DNA from: Klebsormidium nitens
Lineage: Eukaryota; Plantae; Klebsormidiophyceae
Assembly: GCA_000708835.1 (NCBI GenBank)
Contig: DF237506.1
Coordinates: 1-58,521, forward strand
Length of the DNA: 58,521 nucleotides
Reading direction: 5' to 3'
Part shown: piece by piece, positions 11,136-22,950 of the stretch
Numbering within the stretch: position 1 is the first letter of the stretch
How the letters are laid out: each line of letters begins with the position of its first letter
Translations under genes and position numbers: made by a program
Notes under the pieces: generated by a model
Database searches by the model: none
Seen by the model: only the letters and a program-made list of their open reading frames with translations
What the model was told of the DNA's origin: nothing

Positions 11136-11822
11136 GGTGGCGCCACCATACACCCAAAGAAAGCGGCCCCAGCTGGTGGCAGCTCGAAAGACACTTGTCC
11201 TTAAGGTCGACCTGTACAGATGTGATGACGTGCGCAGAAATGGGGGCAAAAAGATTGCTTACAAGAGTATCGGTACGATTCGGTAGCCACCTACTTGTTT
11301 GAGTCAATGTTTGAAAAGGGGGAAGTGTGAGCTAATTTATGGTCTTTTAAAAGACAGCAGAGCCAAAGGCACGCATGGCATTGAAGAAAACACAAGCGCC
11401 TCTAGTCTAGCCCCTCGTTCACAGTGCACATGGAACGCATGGACCAGCACAGACCACGGTCCACAGTACCTACCTAAAAAGCAGCTGTTGACATGATCAG
11501 TGCTTCGGTTTGTCCGACAATACCTACTCGAACCTGTTTTGAGGTGTGGTCCGCGATCTTGTACCGTCGGATGCTGCGGCGTCGTCGATCGGACGATTGA
11601 AAATCAGGAACATGCTCCAGGTGTTTCAAAAACCGGATACAGACCAGTCGACCATTTTGAGCAAGCCCAACTTTGCCCCAACTTCATCATTCATGAGCCA
11701 CAACTTGAAATTGATCGAAGAAGTTAGGCAGGGCCGTAGGCCTGCGCTTCCTGCAAAAGGGACCGTATCTCAAGTGCAACAGCGCCTGATTGCAGCGGGA
11801 ATTGAGAGCCTCTGCGGTTGCC

Positions 11823-14800
11823 ATGCTGCGGGACGCTGCGGAGGCCAATGGCCACCCCAAGCGGCGGAGCGAGCGGAATGTGCAGCGACGGACAGACGCA
11901 ATGGGGCCTTCGTCCGACGCACTACGGGAGGTGGAGGACCAGCTCGCGGACGATGACGCTGACCTCATTGAGCGGCTCAAGGCGTTGAGGGGCAGCGGGA
12001 GAGCTCCCGCACTGGTGGCGCGTGCAGCCCGGCAGGTGGAGAAGGAACAGGATAGCAATGCGGCTGGGCGGGCGGCGGGGCTAGGGCGGGCCGTGGGCTA
12101 TGGGGGACAGGGCAGCAGTGGGCCAAGTCACCGGAAATCACGCTCTGGGCATGCTGAAAGCACGGAGCGGCCAGCACGGGAAGTACGGGAAAAGAAGACG
12201 GAGATGCAAGGGAGTAGGGAAGAGCCAGGGGCTGCAGTGAGTTTCATACTGATGACCACTTCAGGATGCTTGGAGCACAGAAGGCGACATGCCTGCACTG
12301 CGTGTTATGCTCTTGGCTTGCCTGCAATGGTTTGACTGTTGGACTTGCTGGCAATTGCTTGGCAGTGCAGTGCATGCCCTTACATGGTGGAAGAGGATTG
12401 TTCCTGGAAGCTCCTGTGGCTAGTCCTCCTCATCCGCCCTGCTCTCTCCAGCGGAGCCGCCCTTGGGAGCCTCCTGCGCCTCTCTCCGCTGCTTCCCCGC
12501 CTCCGATGCCCCCCGCCTACTCCGAGCAGCGCTCCGGTGCCTACGAGGACGATGAGCTGCCCACGTCCACTGGCCCCCACAGCCCCCCGGTGGTTGGACC
12601 CTCAGCGGTGACTGTGCGGCGCCACGCATCACGCGAGAGTGAGATGCACCGATCGCTGCACAGTGTGTGAGGGCGTACATGAATCCACCGAATTTGCCAC
12701 TGTGTGTGGTGCAAACTCCTTGTTACATACAACGAAGAGATGCGGTGGATTTGCCTGCGTGCACGGATGGGCTCAGGGAAGACTTTCTCATGCCAGGGCT
12801 GCGAGAGTTGCGGGAGCTGGCTCGAGGGGGTTCAGCAGTGCAGGGCCAGGACTTGCCAGCCAGTGAGGACACAAGCAATGAGACAGCGTTTGGAGAAATG
12901 TCATGGGGTGAGATATGTCCCTAAAGTGCAAGCAATGAGTTGCAGGTCAAGTTCTGCCAGCTGATTAATGCGATTGGCAATCTGTGCAGGGCCCACATCT
13001 GCTGCCCATCTTTGTTGGCAATGCGATCTAAGTGGCCTTCAATGACCGACTAACTTGTCAATTACCGACTAAATTGTGAATAACTGAGGTGATTGAATAC
13101 TTGTCAGAAATTGAGTTTTATGTGATGATAGAGGGATTCCTGGTACGTGCCTTGCTAAGTTTGAGTGCCCCTCCCTCTACTAGTTCCCAAGTTGTTTGTA
13201 CTGCTCCCCTGTCTTGCGCAGCCAGCTTCAAGGCTCTGGTGCTGTGGAAGAATGCTTCGCAGTCGAGCCTGGTCTTCGGTGGGGGCACCTTCTTCATCCT
13301 CGCGTCCAGCAACATGCAGGAATGGCAGACCAGGTAAGCTGGCCTGCCTGATTTTGCTGTCGCTTGTCACACGAACTTGTGCGGAGCCAGTTTCCCTGGG
13401 ATCCGGAGAGTACCGTTGTAGCTTGACTATCTGTCGATTGGTCATTTTGAGGACTGACCGAATGATCTAGGTCATTAATGCTACCTGGCTATTTGTCAAC
13501 CAGAGGACTTGCAGTTAGGGGAGCCCCAAGGTTTGCTGCCAGTTATGCTCGAATCCCCAAAAGGCCCCAACTTTCTCTTCGATTATGTTGGATTCGGCCT
13601 GGCTTTTCTCTTGACCAGTTTCCCTTTGCCCCTTCCCTTGCTGCATCACTGAGGTGTTCTCTCTGTTGCCTGTGTAGCCCACTCACTGTCGTGGCCTACT
13701 GCTTCTTGGCCTACACCGCCTTCAACTTCGTCCTCACCTTCTCACGCCGGTCAGAGCAACCCCATCCATCTCCCTGGATGCCGCATGTTCCTGTTCCTGC
13801 TTACTGATTCCCGAACCTTATTCAAGCTTCTCCCCTGCCTGCATGCCCTCTCGGCAGTTCTTGCCCTCTTCCGAAGCCTCAGCTTCTTGTTGCCTCACCT
13901 CGCGGTGCTCCTTGCCTGTCTGCAGCCACGCCCCGTCTCCGGCCCTGGCCCCTGTCACGGAGGCGAGCGTCCTGCCCGCGGTGCGCTTGGCGCTGCCCCT
14001 GTTAACGGCCACCAAGGCGGTGCATGCGCGCCTCTTCAACGGGGACACCACCACCACGCTGCAGGCACGCCTCCCCCGCTCTACGTGCCCCTGTTTCCGT
14101 GCAGCCTCTCTTCTCCCAGGCAAACATCTATTCCTCCTCAAGTCTTACTGCGCATGTCCCGTGCGCTCCCTGTCTCTTGCTGCCCGGGTGCAAGTTGGCT
14201 GCTACCCCATCTGGGTGCCGTCTGACTCCCCTGGTGTATCCGCAGGTGGCGCTGGTGCTGTGGCTGCTGGCGCAGTGCGGGCGCTTCATCACCTTCTGGG
14301 ACGTTGCGCGTATCGGTGAGAAGCACGCACTTATTGGCGCTCCTCCTTGCGCGACCTTGTCCAGGCGCTCGTGCTAACTGCCTGATGCGGGTATACAGCG
14401 TGGGCAGTGTGCTGGGCTGGCGTGCACGGCTTGGCCCCCCTCCGCAGCCGAGCAGGCAAACTGTCCTGGAGCCCCTGCTGTGCTGCCTTGCTCGTGCAGC
14501 CTCCTTGGGCTGGCTGGGGTGCCCCGCTGAGCGACGTGTCGTTTCCTGCAGCCTTCTTTGCTGTCTTCCTCCTGCCACGCGTCTACCTTGCCTATGCGGA
14601 CGTCATCCAGGCGGCAGGTACGCCAAGAGCCGGCTTTGGGTCCGCCTCCAGCTGCTTGCTTGTCTCTTTCTGGTCTTGGGAGTCGCATCTTCCTCGCGGG
14701 ACCAAAAACTTTAGGAATAGCTCAAGTGGTTAGAGCGGCTGTTTTGGCTGACAGTGAAAATTCTGAGTTAAACCGAATGGTCGTGAAATCAATCAGGGGT

Positions 14801-15600
14801 GTAGCACGGTCGACCTTTTCAAAGTGTTGCTGCATATCGCGTAAGCAGTCCTGTCTTCTCAGCTGATGAGGCCGGTATACTCACGGTACTCCGCATCTTC
14901 CTCGCGGGAGCCTTGGCTTCGAGAAGCATCCTTGCTTCTACTCGATCCTGCGACAATGCTCAGATGCATGGCCCTGCGGGTCGACCTGTCGTTCTGACCT
15001 GCCCGTGTGTGTGCGCAGGTCGATCGATGTTCCGGAGGTGCCGGCAGGCGGTGCTCTCGTTCCCGCACAAGCGCAAGCTGGCCGCCGTCTGCGCCCTGGG
15101 CGCGTGGCACTGGCTGGCCCTCCCCACCAAGTGCTTCCTAGGTCAGCCCCGCGGCTCCTCCCCTGCTTTCGACAAGGGCATCGGGCGCGCTGTGACTGAT
15201 GCAACCCACCCTCTTATGCGCCAGTCTCTGTGCTCGTCGGCCGGTTGGCGGCTCCTGATCCGCGCGCCCTCCTTTCGTGCGCAGGGTTCGTGCTGCTGGT
15301 GCTCCTGCGCCGCTACCAGGAAGGCCACTCCCAGCAGGTACGCCGCTCCACTGATCGCCGCGTGTCTCGCCACGAGCCTGGAAGCACCACAGCCTGTGCG
15401 TGCCCCTTGTTCCCGCTGTGGATTCGTCTGTGCTGAACGAGCCCCAGGAGTTCGTTATGCCTCTGTGTGACCCTTGCCGTGGGGTGCAGGTGGATGCGGG
15501 GGTCGACTTCGTGAAGAAGCAAGCGCGGCGGCTGTCCAGCACCACGCCCGGCGGGCGGAAGCCGGTCACACGGCGTGCCACGCTGGAGGAGATCGACTAG
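11823..15600 (+). CDS. Reticulon-like protein, RTNLB17/18/21-type with a long N-terminal region (multi-exon)
   Basis: Reticulon exons: LVLWKNASQSSLVFGGGTFFILASS (13222-13333), PLTVVAYCFLAY, LVLWLLAQCGRFITFWDVARIG, FFAVFLLPRVYLAYADVI, then extra hydrophobic exons to ..TLEEID* (15600). Upstream exons 11823-12236, 12452-about 12666 and about 12777-12907 splice in phase (tgg g|gtgag..cag|cc agc), so they are inferred to be the N-terminus. Confidence 0.8.
14711..14780 (+). other. tRNA-derived relic or SINE-like head in a reticulon intron
   Basis: TAGCTCAAGTGGTTAGAGCG gives an A-box and a perfect D-arm (GCTC/GAGC), followed by a GCTGT/ACAGT stem. The T-arm is degenerate and there is no acceptor-stem partner, so it is not an intact tRNA. 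Confidence 0.4.
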
Positions 15601-17007
15601 TTTCTGTGGACGCGTTGTGGACCCGCAATGGACCGAGTAAGGGCAAAGAGATCATGCGCGCTGCTTTTCATACACGGTTAGCTGTATTTAGTAGAGGGCT
15701 TCTCTCAGTGATTACCACGCGACATCAGGGATTACGTGCTTGCGTCCGAGGTCGATTGTGTTTGAGCATGTTGCGGCCACACCGAGCACCATCATCTAGG
15801 ACCACCCCTGCCCACTCGGACACGCTCAGCTAGGTCGGCCAGAGGAGTTGGGCCAGGCGATTTAAGTTCGGTGGTCAGTCTGCCCTTCTATACTCCAGCA
15901 ATCGTTGAGGTTTCGATGCTTGTATTAAAATTCCCCTACTTGTGCTTATCATGACTACATGTGTTGCTCGGTGGTGGACAGTGCACTGATGATTGGAAGG
16001 TACCTGAAGCGCCATCTGGGCAATTTAGCACCCGTTTCAAATCAAGCAGAACCACTTCATGCCGGACTGTACAATCTCTGACGTGGCGTCAACCGGTTGT
16101 CCTTATGCATGATGGAGTCACGCACCATCCTGGGTCCATATGCACCTTGCAGCTACTAAACTTGCAATGCAGGATCATGATCGCTCTTGATCCTGCAGAC
16201 GCATGCGGGATATCATTCGATCCTGATCGGTCCGATCAGGTGAGACGTCAGTGTACATTGGACATGCGGCTTCAGAAATTATAAGCAGCGCAAAACTCGT
16301 CGCATCGAGTTTGTATCTCATTATGTATGCAGATGACCGGAATTGCGTGCGCAGATCCAACTTATCCGCACCGGTGCAGTGATGCACGGTCCTAGCTGCA
16401 TGGCAAGCAAAATCGCCCCCAGCTGTACAAAATTGCTGGCATGCCACTCAGGCTGCATCATTGATCATGTTAATATGTACCATCACTATAGCATGCTGGA
16501 CGGTGGCGAGTGCAAGTGGTCAGGCAGGCTGATTCTGTACGATCGACAATTTGGCGCGACTGAGCTCAGCTGCAAAGTGCCGTTTCGATCATCGGCAGCT
16601 GCACCGAAGAAGCCAGCTCTTAGCAACTGAGAAACGTTTTGCCAGACCTGCGACTAATAACTTCTCCTGGAGCTGATTTTATTACCGTGCCAGTCAGGCT
16701 AAAGGTATCGCTTCTGCGTGGTCCGAAACGTTCTATTGCGACCTTCATCTGAAGACCTTCCTTCCACCAACACTGCGAAGCTAGCACCAACACATATGCA
16801 CCCACTTCATCCGTCACCACGGGTTTCACCCCTCCGGCGGGCACCCCTTGACACGGAGACGCCCGGATGCATTGTACCACCTGCACCTCATGCAACACCA
16901 TGAATCAATGGACCCTACTACTGTCACGCTTCACCTGCGGAGTGCTGTACAGAACGGCTCCTCCCCCACCCCCCCTCGCCACCCCCGCCCGCTGCTGCGC
17001 GCGCTGG

Positions 17008-19704
17008 CTACCAGATGCCGAGCACCTTCCACCAGACGCCGCCCACGCCGAGCCAGACAACCAGGTTGACCACGCTGCACAGGAAGCCCAGCTTCCACCA
17101 CGTGCCCAGGTCCACGTAGCCCGCGCCGTAGAACACGGGCGCGCTGCCGATGCCGTAGTGCGTGAGGCCGCCCATCAGGTTGCTCGTGAACGCCAGCACG
17201 AGCGCCGCCACCATGGGGGGGGCGCCCAGCGCGGTGGCCACCGAGAGGAAGGCGGTGAACATGGCACCGATGTGCGCGGCGCCGCTGGCAAAGAAGTAGT
17301 GCGAGTAGAAGTAGAGCAGGGTGAGGATCAGGAACGCGGGCTGCCACGCCAAGCCCATCCCACCCACCACCTGCACAGCAACGCAGCGCACGCAGGGGGT
17401 CAGCCATGGCGGCAGAGGGGAGACGGGGGTGCAATAGAGCCCCTGAGGGTGGGGAACCCTTCAGCAGACGCATAAGTGTAGGCCGTCGTAGCACTGTTCA
17501 TGGGAGCCGCAAGGGAGAAGCACAGACTCCGCTTGAAGGCGGACCGCGGCCCAACGACCTAGACAGTCCCTGGGAATAAGTACCAGCTTATAAGCAGGTA
17601 CTTGGTAAGGCATGCCAACCAAGGACTGCCTAGAGCCACCATGTTCCAGGCAAAGTCCAATCTTACTCTGCTTCTCCGCCATGAGTGGCGGCTGAGGCAG
17701 ACCTCAAACAAGAATGAAAGGAGAGTGTGTGCATTGAGGTGCCCACCTTGACGACGGTGTTGGAGAACCAGGCGATGAGGCCGTACTTGTTGAGGTAGCC
17801 CGCCATGGCAATCAGCGCAGCGAACCAGACGAGGGTGTCCCACGCGGTGCCCTCCGCGAGGCACTCCTTCCACGTGACCACGCCGGTGGTCAGCAGCGCA
17901 GTCAGCCCAATGATGGCCGCCGTCACCGCGTCCACCTTGATCGCAGCGCCAAAGATCCACAGCAACACCTGCAATGTGCGCACGCCCCATCAGCGGCCAA
18001 TGTCAGAACTACAGCACAGCTTATGAAGCCAAAAGGCCGTAGCAGCTGGAGAGAGACAGAGGGCAGAAGGCACACGAATTTTGGAGGTGACATCAAGTTT
18101 CAAGTATTACCAGACACAAACAAGCGAGAACATTCGACAGGAGCGCTACTTCAAAATTTACCCACAGTATGCGTCCTATCACAAACGAAATCTTTCTCAT
18201 TGCTGCAATTGTCTACAATGTGGTCAATTTTATTGGTGCTCTTTGAAACAGCATGGCATGCCAGCACAAAGCCACTCTGTCCACCAATGCAGGACAAGAA
18301 GCGATGATCGCTAGCGTTCTCCTGATTCAGATGCGCACCCATGTTCAACGGCCCCACCCCCGCATCCTTCTCTAGATTTGCTACTCTCCATGTTTCCTTC
18401 TGATCTCATGAAGCCCCAGTAAGAACACCAATGCTGCTTTTTACCAGCCCAATCCAGGGTGCCCTGCCACCTGCACTGACTCAGCAACCAGATCCCTGCA
18501 TTTCTGCTCCGTCCCCTGCGCTTGCGGCCGTGGTGCTCACCGTGACGAGCAGCGTCCCCGCCATGATCTGCTCGTTCTGCTTCATGGGCCCCATCTTCTC
18601 CAGGTTCTCCGCCGCCAGCAGCGGCGCGTCGGGGCTCTCCTTGACCTCGGGCGGGTACACCCAGAACAGGATGGCCGGCACCAGTAGCAGGCTGAGCAGG
18701 CCCGGCACGATGGCGGCGCTCGCCCACGTGGTCCAGCTGATGGTCTGCCCGATGACGGACGCGGTGAGGTTGACGGACAGCGGGTTGGCGGCCATGGCGG
18801 TGAGGAACATGGCGGAGCTGATGACGGACGTCTGGAAGCAGGTGGTCATGAGGTACGCGCCCAGGCGGCGCTCGCTGCCGTCGCCCACCTTGCTGCCGCA
18901 CGCAATGCACATGGCCTTCACCAGCGGCAAGAAGATGCCGCCCGCGCGCGCGCTGACCGACGGGATGGCCGGCGCCAGGAGCGCCTCCGCAAAGACCAGG
19001 GAGTAGCTGAGGCCCAGCGTGGTGGAGCCAAACAGCTTCACAAACTGGTACGCCACGCGGTTGCCCAGGCCCGTCTTGATGAAGCCCTTGGCAAAGAAGA
19101 AGGCGAGCGCGATGAGCCACGGGATCTCATTGCCAAACGCACTGAAGGCGGCCGCAAAAGTGAGCGTGCGCGTCAGGATGCTGACGCCCAGCCCGATGAG
19201 CGCCACGGCGCCCAGCGGCAGCGGCTGCGTGATAATGGCGACAACGGTCCCCAGGAAGATGGCCAGCAGCTGCCACGCGTTGCGCGGCACCCCCGCCGGC
19301 GCAGGCAGGAACCACGTGATCACCCCCACCGCCACAGAGATGGCCAGCGGCTGCATCTTGGCGCCCTCCCACTTGGCAGGGGGCGTGCTGGCCGGCCCGC
19401 CAGCAGGAGTAGCTGCCGCAGCCGCCTCAGCGCGGATCCCTGCCCCTGCGCGCCTACGCAGAGCCGGCAGCCGCGGCACAGCCGCCGCTGCCACCTGCGG
19501 GATGGCCTCCCCTGCCAGGCTCTTGCGGCTGCCCAGAGCAGAGGCGCAGGGCTGGCCGCGTCCCAACACCGCTCCCTTGCGTGACACTGGGGCAATAGCC
19601 CGTGTGCTTGTCGCTGAAGCGCCATTGGCCCGCACTGATTGGATGCCACACGCAGTGCTGGCACGGGCCCCTGCAGCACGCTGGACGGCCGCCATGACCG
19701 CCAT
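17008..19704 (-). CDS. DIT1: Plastid dicarboxylate transporter 1 (2-oxoglutarate/malate translocator, DASS family), 3 exons
   Basis: Exons 19704-18541, 17968-17747, 17370-17008. Ala/Arg/Ser-rich transit peptide, then AWQLLAIFLGTVVAIITQPLPLGAVAL, IPSVSARAGGIFLPLVK, SAMFLTAMAANPL, AWDTLVWFAALIAMA, YFYSHYFFASGAAHIGAMF, GLTHYGIGSAPVFYGAGY, WWKVLGIW*. Confidence 0.96.
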
Positions 19705-21850
19705 TGCTGACCAGACCCGACACGGCGACTTCCGCCCTAGGCTGAGTTCTCTGCAAATGGCTGGATCTGGGCAGCTTAAATGCAGCACTGTCGCACATGT
19801 GGGACAGACGCAAAGGTGGCAAGCAACTAGACACGGTCGTCTTTACGTGCCACTGTCATCGATGATTGCACCATCAATGTTCACCCATCCGATCACGACG
19901 TTAGATAATATGGTTAGGTACAGTGGAACCGGCGAGCGTGCATGCCGTACGATGAATGTGATTACCAAGTTGTGACGGCTCGGATTGCTCGATTCTGTTG
20001 CTTTGCACTGTTGCTTCATACCGTACCGTACGACCAACCTTACACGTTAACTTACACTGCCATGCAGGTACTGGGCGCCAAGGATCCTCAGACGAAAGAA
20101 GTGTTATGGCTTCAAGCATGATATGATGAAGCCTTCAATATGTCCTTGCAATATGCAAAGACCACTGGTCACGGATCTCACAGATTCCAGGTCTTAGTAG
20201 TCAAAAGTACCCCCGTCATGAGTTCAAAGCATGAGTTATTTCCAGCATGAGTTGGGGAGTTTTCGCGGATATCTGATTTTCTGCGGAAATAGCCCCTGCT
20301 CCAGAGATCAGTCTGCACGGACTGCTCGTCTTCGGACCATTCTCGGCGCTTGAAGCGTCCTCAATGCAACTTTTTTTCAATGCTATGCTCGTATTGGAGG
20401 GCTTTCAAGTGTGGCCTTTGACTTTGTTAGTAAAGAATGGGCTAAGACTAACAACACTTTGAACATGGCATGCTGGCCGAGGCCACTAAACCGCCACGAT
20501 TTTGACTACTGGAGGTCAGGTCTCTGATAGACAGAGTATTGTTGCGCGTCGATCGTTGCAAGCTTTGTTCAGCGGCGTGCTGAAAAGATTCGACCCTCGA
20601 GATTAGAAGGTTGGGTCCACTATTGTGCACGCTTTTGAAAAGGTACGGCCGGACCATGGTCCCATGCAATTGCTCGCACACATATGTCCACCTCGTTTCA
20701 AACTTGACTTTCCGGCATATGTAGCCACTTATGAACCGATCGTGCTCTCTCAAGCCTTTCCTATTCATTTTCTTCGACCCGTCGACTACAAGTCTGGCGC
20801 GAGGCTCGAGTGCCCAGCGTTGGATTTGGGCCCCTCGTCGCTGTTCTTCAACCGCTTCTACAGTCGGTAGTGCTTCATAATCATGTTCAGAACGTTTACC
20901 TGCACCATACATGCCCCTTCGTGGCGCGTGGCTCCCTTCTCCAACGGATGAATCGGACTCTGAAAAACAGAAAGGCTGAACGGCGCTTTGACGTCCCAAG
21001 TGCAGCATCAACTCATCAACTCATAACTCGCTGCGTGACGAGTACTTCGCCGTTCGAGGCACATTGGTGCAGTTGCTTCGATGATTTTAGAGACAGAGAT
21101 CTTGTGGATTCAGGATCATGCCGAAGTTGAGTGGTCAAACCCATTTTCTCGGAACGGAAAGTCCTCAAAGACAGGAAAGACGGCGAAGGTCAAACCAATG
21201 TGCCCAGTGGGCAAAAGTTTTGAACGTTGGGGATCGGCGCAAGTTGCCGGTGCACTCAGCGGAGTTCATCAGGATCCGAGGCCTGCTTGCTACCAACCAT
21301 CGAGATGGAAGATCGTTTCTAGCTGCCCTGGAAGCGTGACAAACTTTGAAAGTGTCACGTTCTATTCTGCCAAGAGGGGATTTTGACGTTCAGAAATCCA
21401 TAAAACAGCACATTCATTGTTGGTTTTGACTTGAAATCGATTCGTTTAAGCGCGGCAAGGGGTACGCATAGCCACCGAGACGAGGCCAAAGCGCTGATGA
21501 CAGCTGGTAAGCATATCGAGCCCGAACGTCGTCCGAAGTCTTGGCTTGTGAAAAAGGACAATTCTGGACCTTCGGCCGATGGTCCATAAGGGGCTTTCTT
21601 CCCGGCTTCCCAATTTCGGCGGGCAACGAGCCAGTCCATGGGTCATTCAGGTTCGCGAGCAAGGCCAGTGTTCACACGGCGGATCTGCGGCGCGCCGCTT
21701 TGAGCCGTAAGATCAGAAACGTGGCATCATCGGACGGCGAACCATAGGTTTGCTGCAGCTGCCCACCAATTACTGCAGCACACATTAGACGCTTTCACAG
21801 ACAAGGAAGGACCTTTCCTGCAACGTCAGAGACGTAGAACCGGGGTTGAA

Positions 21851-22950
21851 CCCTTAGGTCAGGGCCGCGCCCTGTGTCGGGTCGGTAGCTGTAGGTTCCG
21901 GGCTGTGCCCGATAGTCAGACGCTGTCTGCTCAGGGCAGAGCCCTGCTCACCATACAAACACTTTTGCCCGCTTTTAAACTAGAGCGAACTCCAGACTTG
22001 CTTGATCTAGCCTCATTTGTATCTTCATGTTTCTTCTAGAAGAGCTGCATTCGTCGAGAACGGAAGAATTGCACTTTTGCTAGATGCTAGCGCAAGAATT
22101 GCGTTTCTCTGCGATTTAGCAGAAACATTTCAAGGATGTGCGCTTCATGAAAAGCAGGCCTAGCAGCAATCAGTGTAGCGGCCTTTGCAATCGGCTTGCT
22201 CGCTTCCCATGGTTCGCAGACATGTGTCGCAGTAGACTTACTTCCAAATATACGTGGTTTTGTTCAAAGCTAGACGAATATACACGATGCAAGACGTCAG
22301 GTAATGACTGTTCTGATTCCGTGATGCACGAGTATGCAACAGCGATCTGCCCTGACATTTGTTGGAAAAGGGCAGCTGCAAAGCACCGGCGGGCTGCATT
22401 GGGCTTGTTATGTACTGGGCGCTGCTCATGAGGAGACCCCCTTTGTGCAGAAGGTGACCCAGAAAATGAGCACCTTCTGATCCGGCGTATTTTCTGCGGT
22501 TTGCTGGAGATGCATAAGTTCCTAAAGTCAAGCCCTGAAGATGTTGAGTCCTACTAGTAGTACTCGCGGGGTGCAGTTCACGATTCATGATGTATGCCGT
22601 CGATGAAGCATGCCATCTGTCATATCCGGTGGCTCGTCAGTTCAAGCACTCGCACGGACTGCCAAGTTCATTGGACGTCCGAGCAGTGCATGACTTTTCA
22701 GAAGAAGGCGCTTGCATAAGCCTGTAACAAGTCATGTTAAGGGATACGCTTGAACGATGTAGGGCATGCTCATGAAGTGAGGCGGGTGTATGAGGTATGC
22801 GGGTGAGGGAGGGGTCGAGTGGTAGTGATGTGTGAAAGGTTGTGGACAGGGCTCTGCCCTGGTGAAGGAGGCACTCCTTAAACAGGGCTTTGCCCTGGCG
22901 GCCGGGGCTTCCCCCCTTATATATCTACAGGGCTCAGCCCTGACTTAGGG
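21851..22950. mobile_element. Putative non-autonomous DNA element with imperfect TIRs and three subterminal hairpins per end
   Basis: Left end CCCTTAGGTCAGGGC, right end GCCCTGACTTAGGG (inverted, 12/14 match). CAGGGC-NNN-GCCCTG at 21860, 21932, 22847, 22883, 22928 and a variant CCGGGC-TGT-GCCCGA near 21898. No obvious target-site duplication or transposase. Confidence 0.5.

Noticed and set aside
22238-22588. HFLGH motif suggesting Gypsy RT inside the hairpin element
   Set aside because: No YxDD or other RT motifs nearby.
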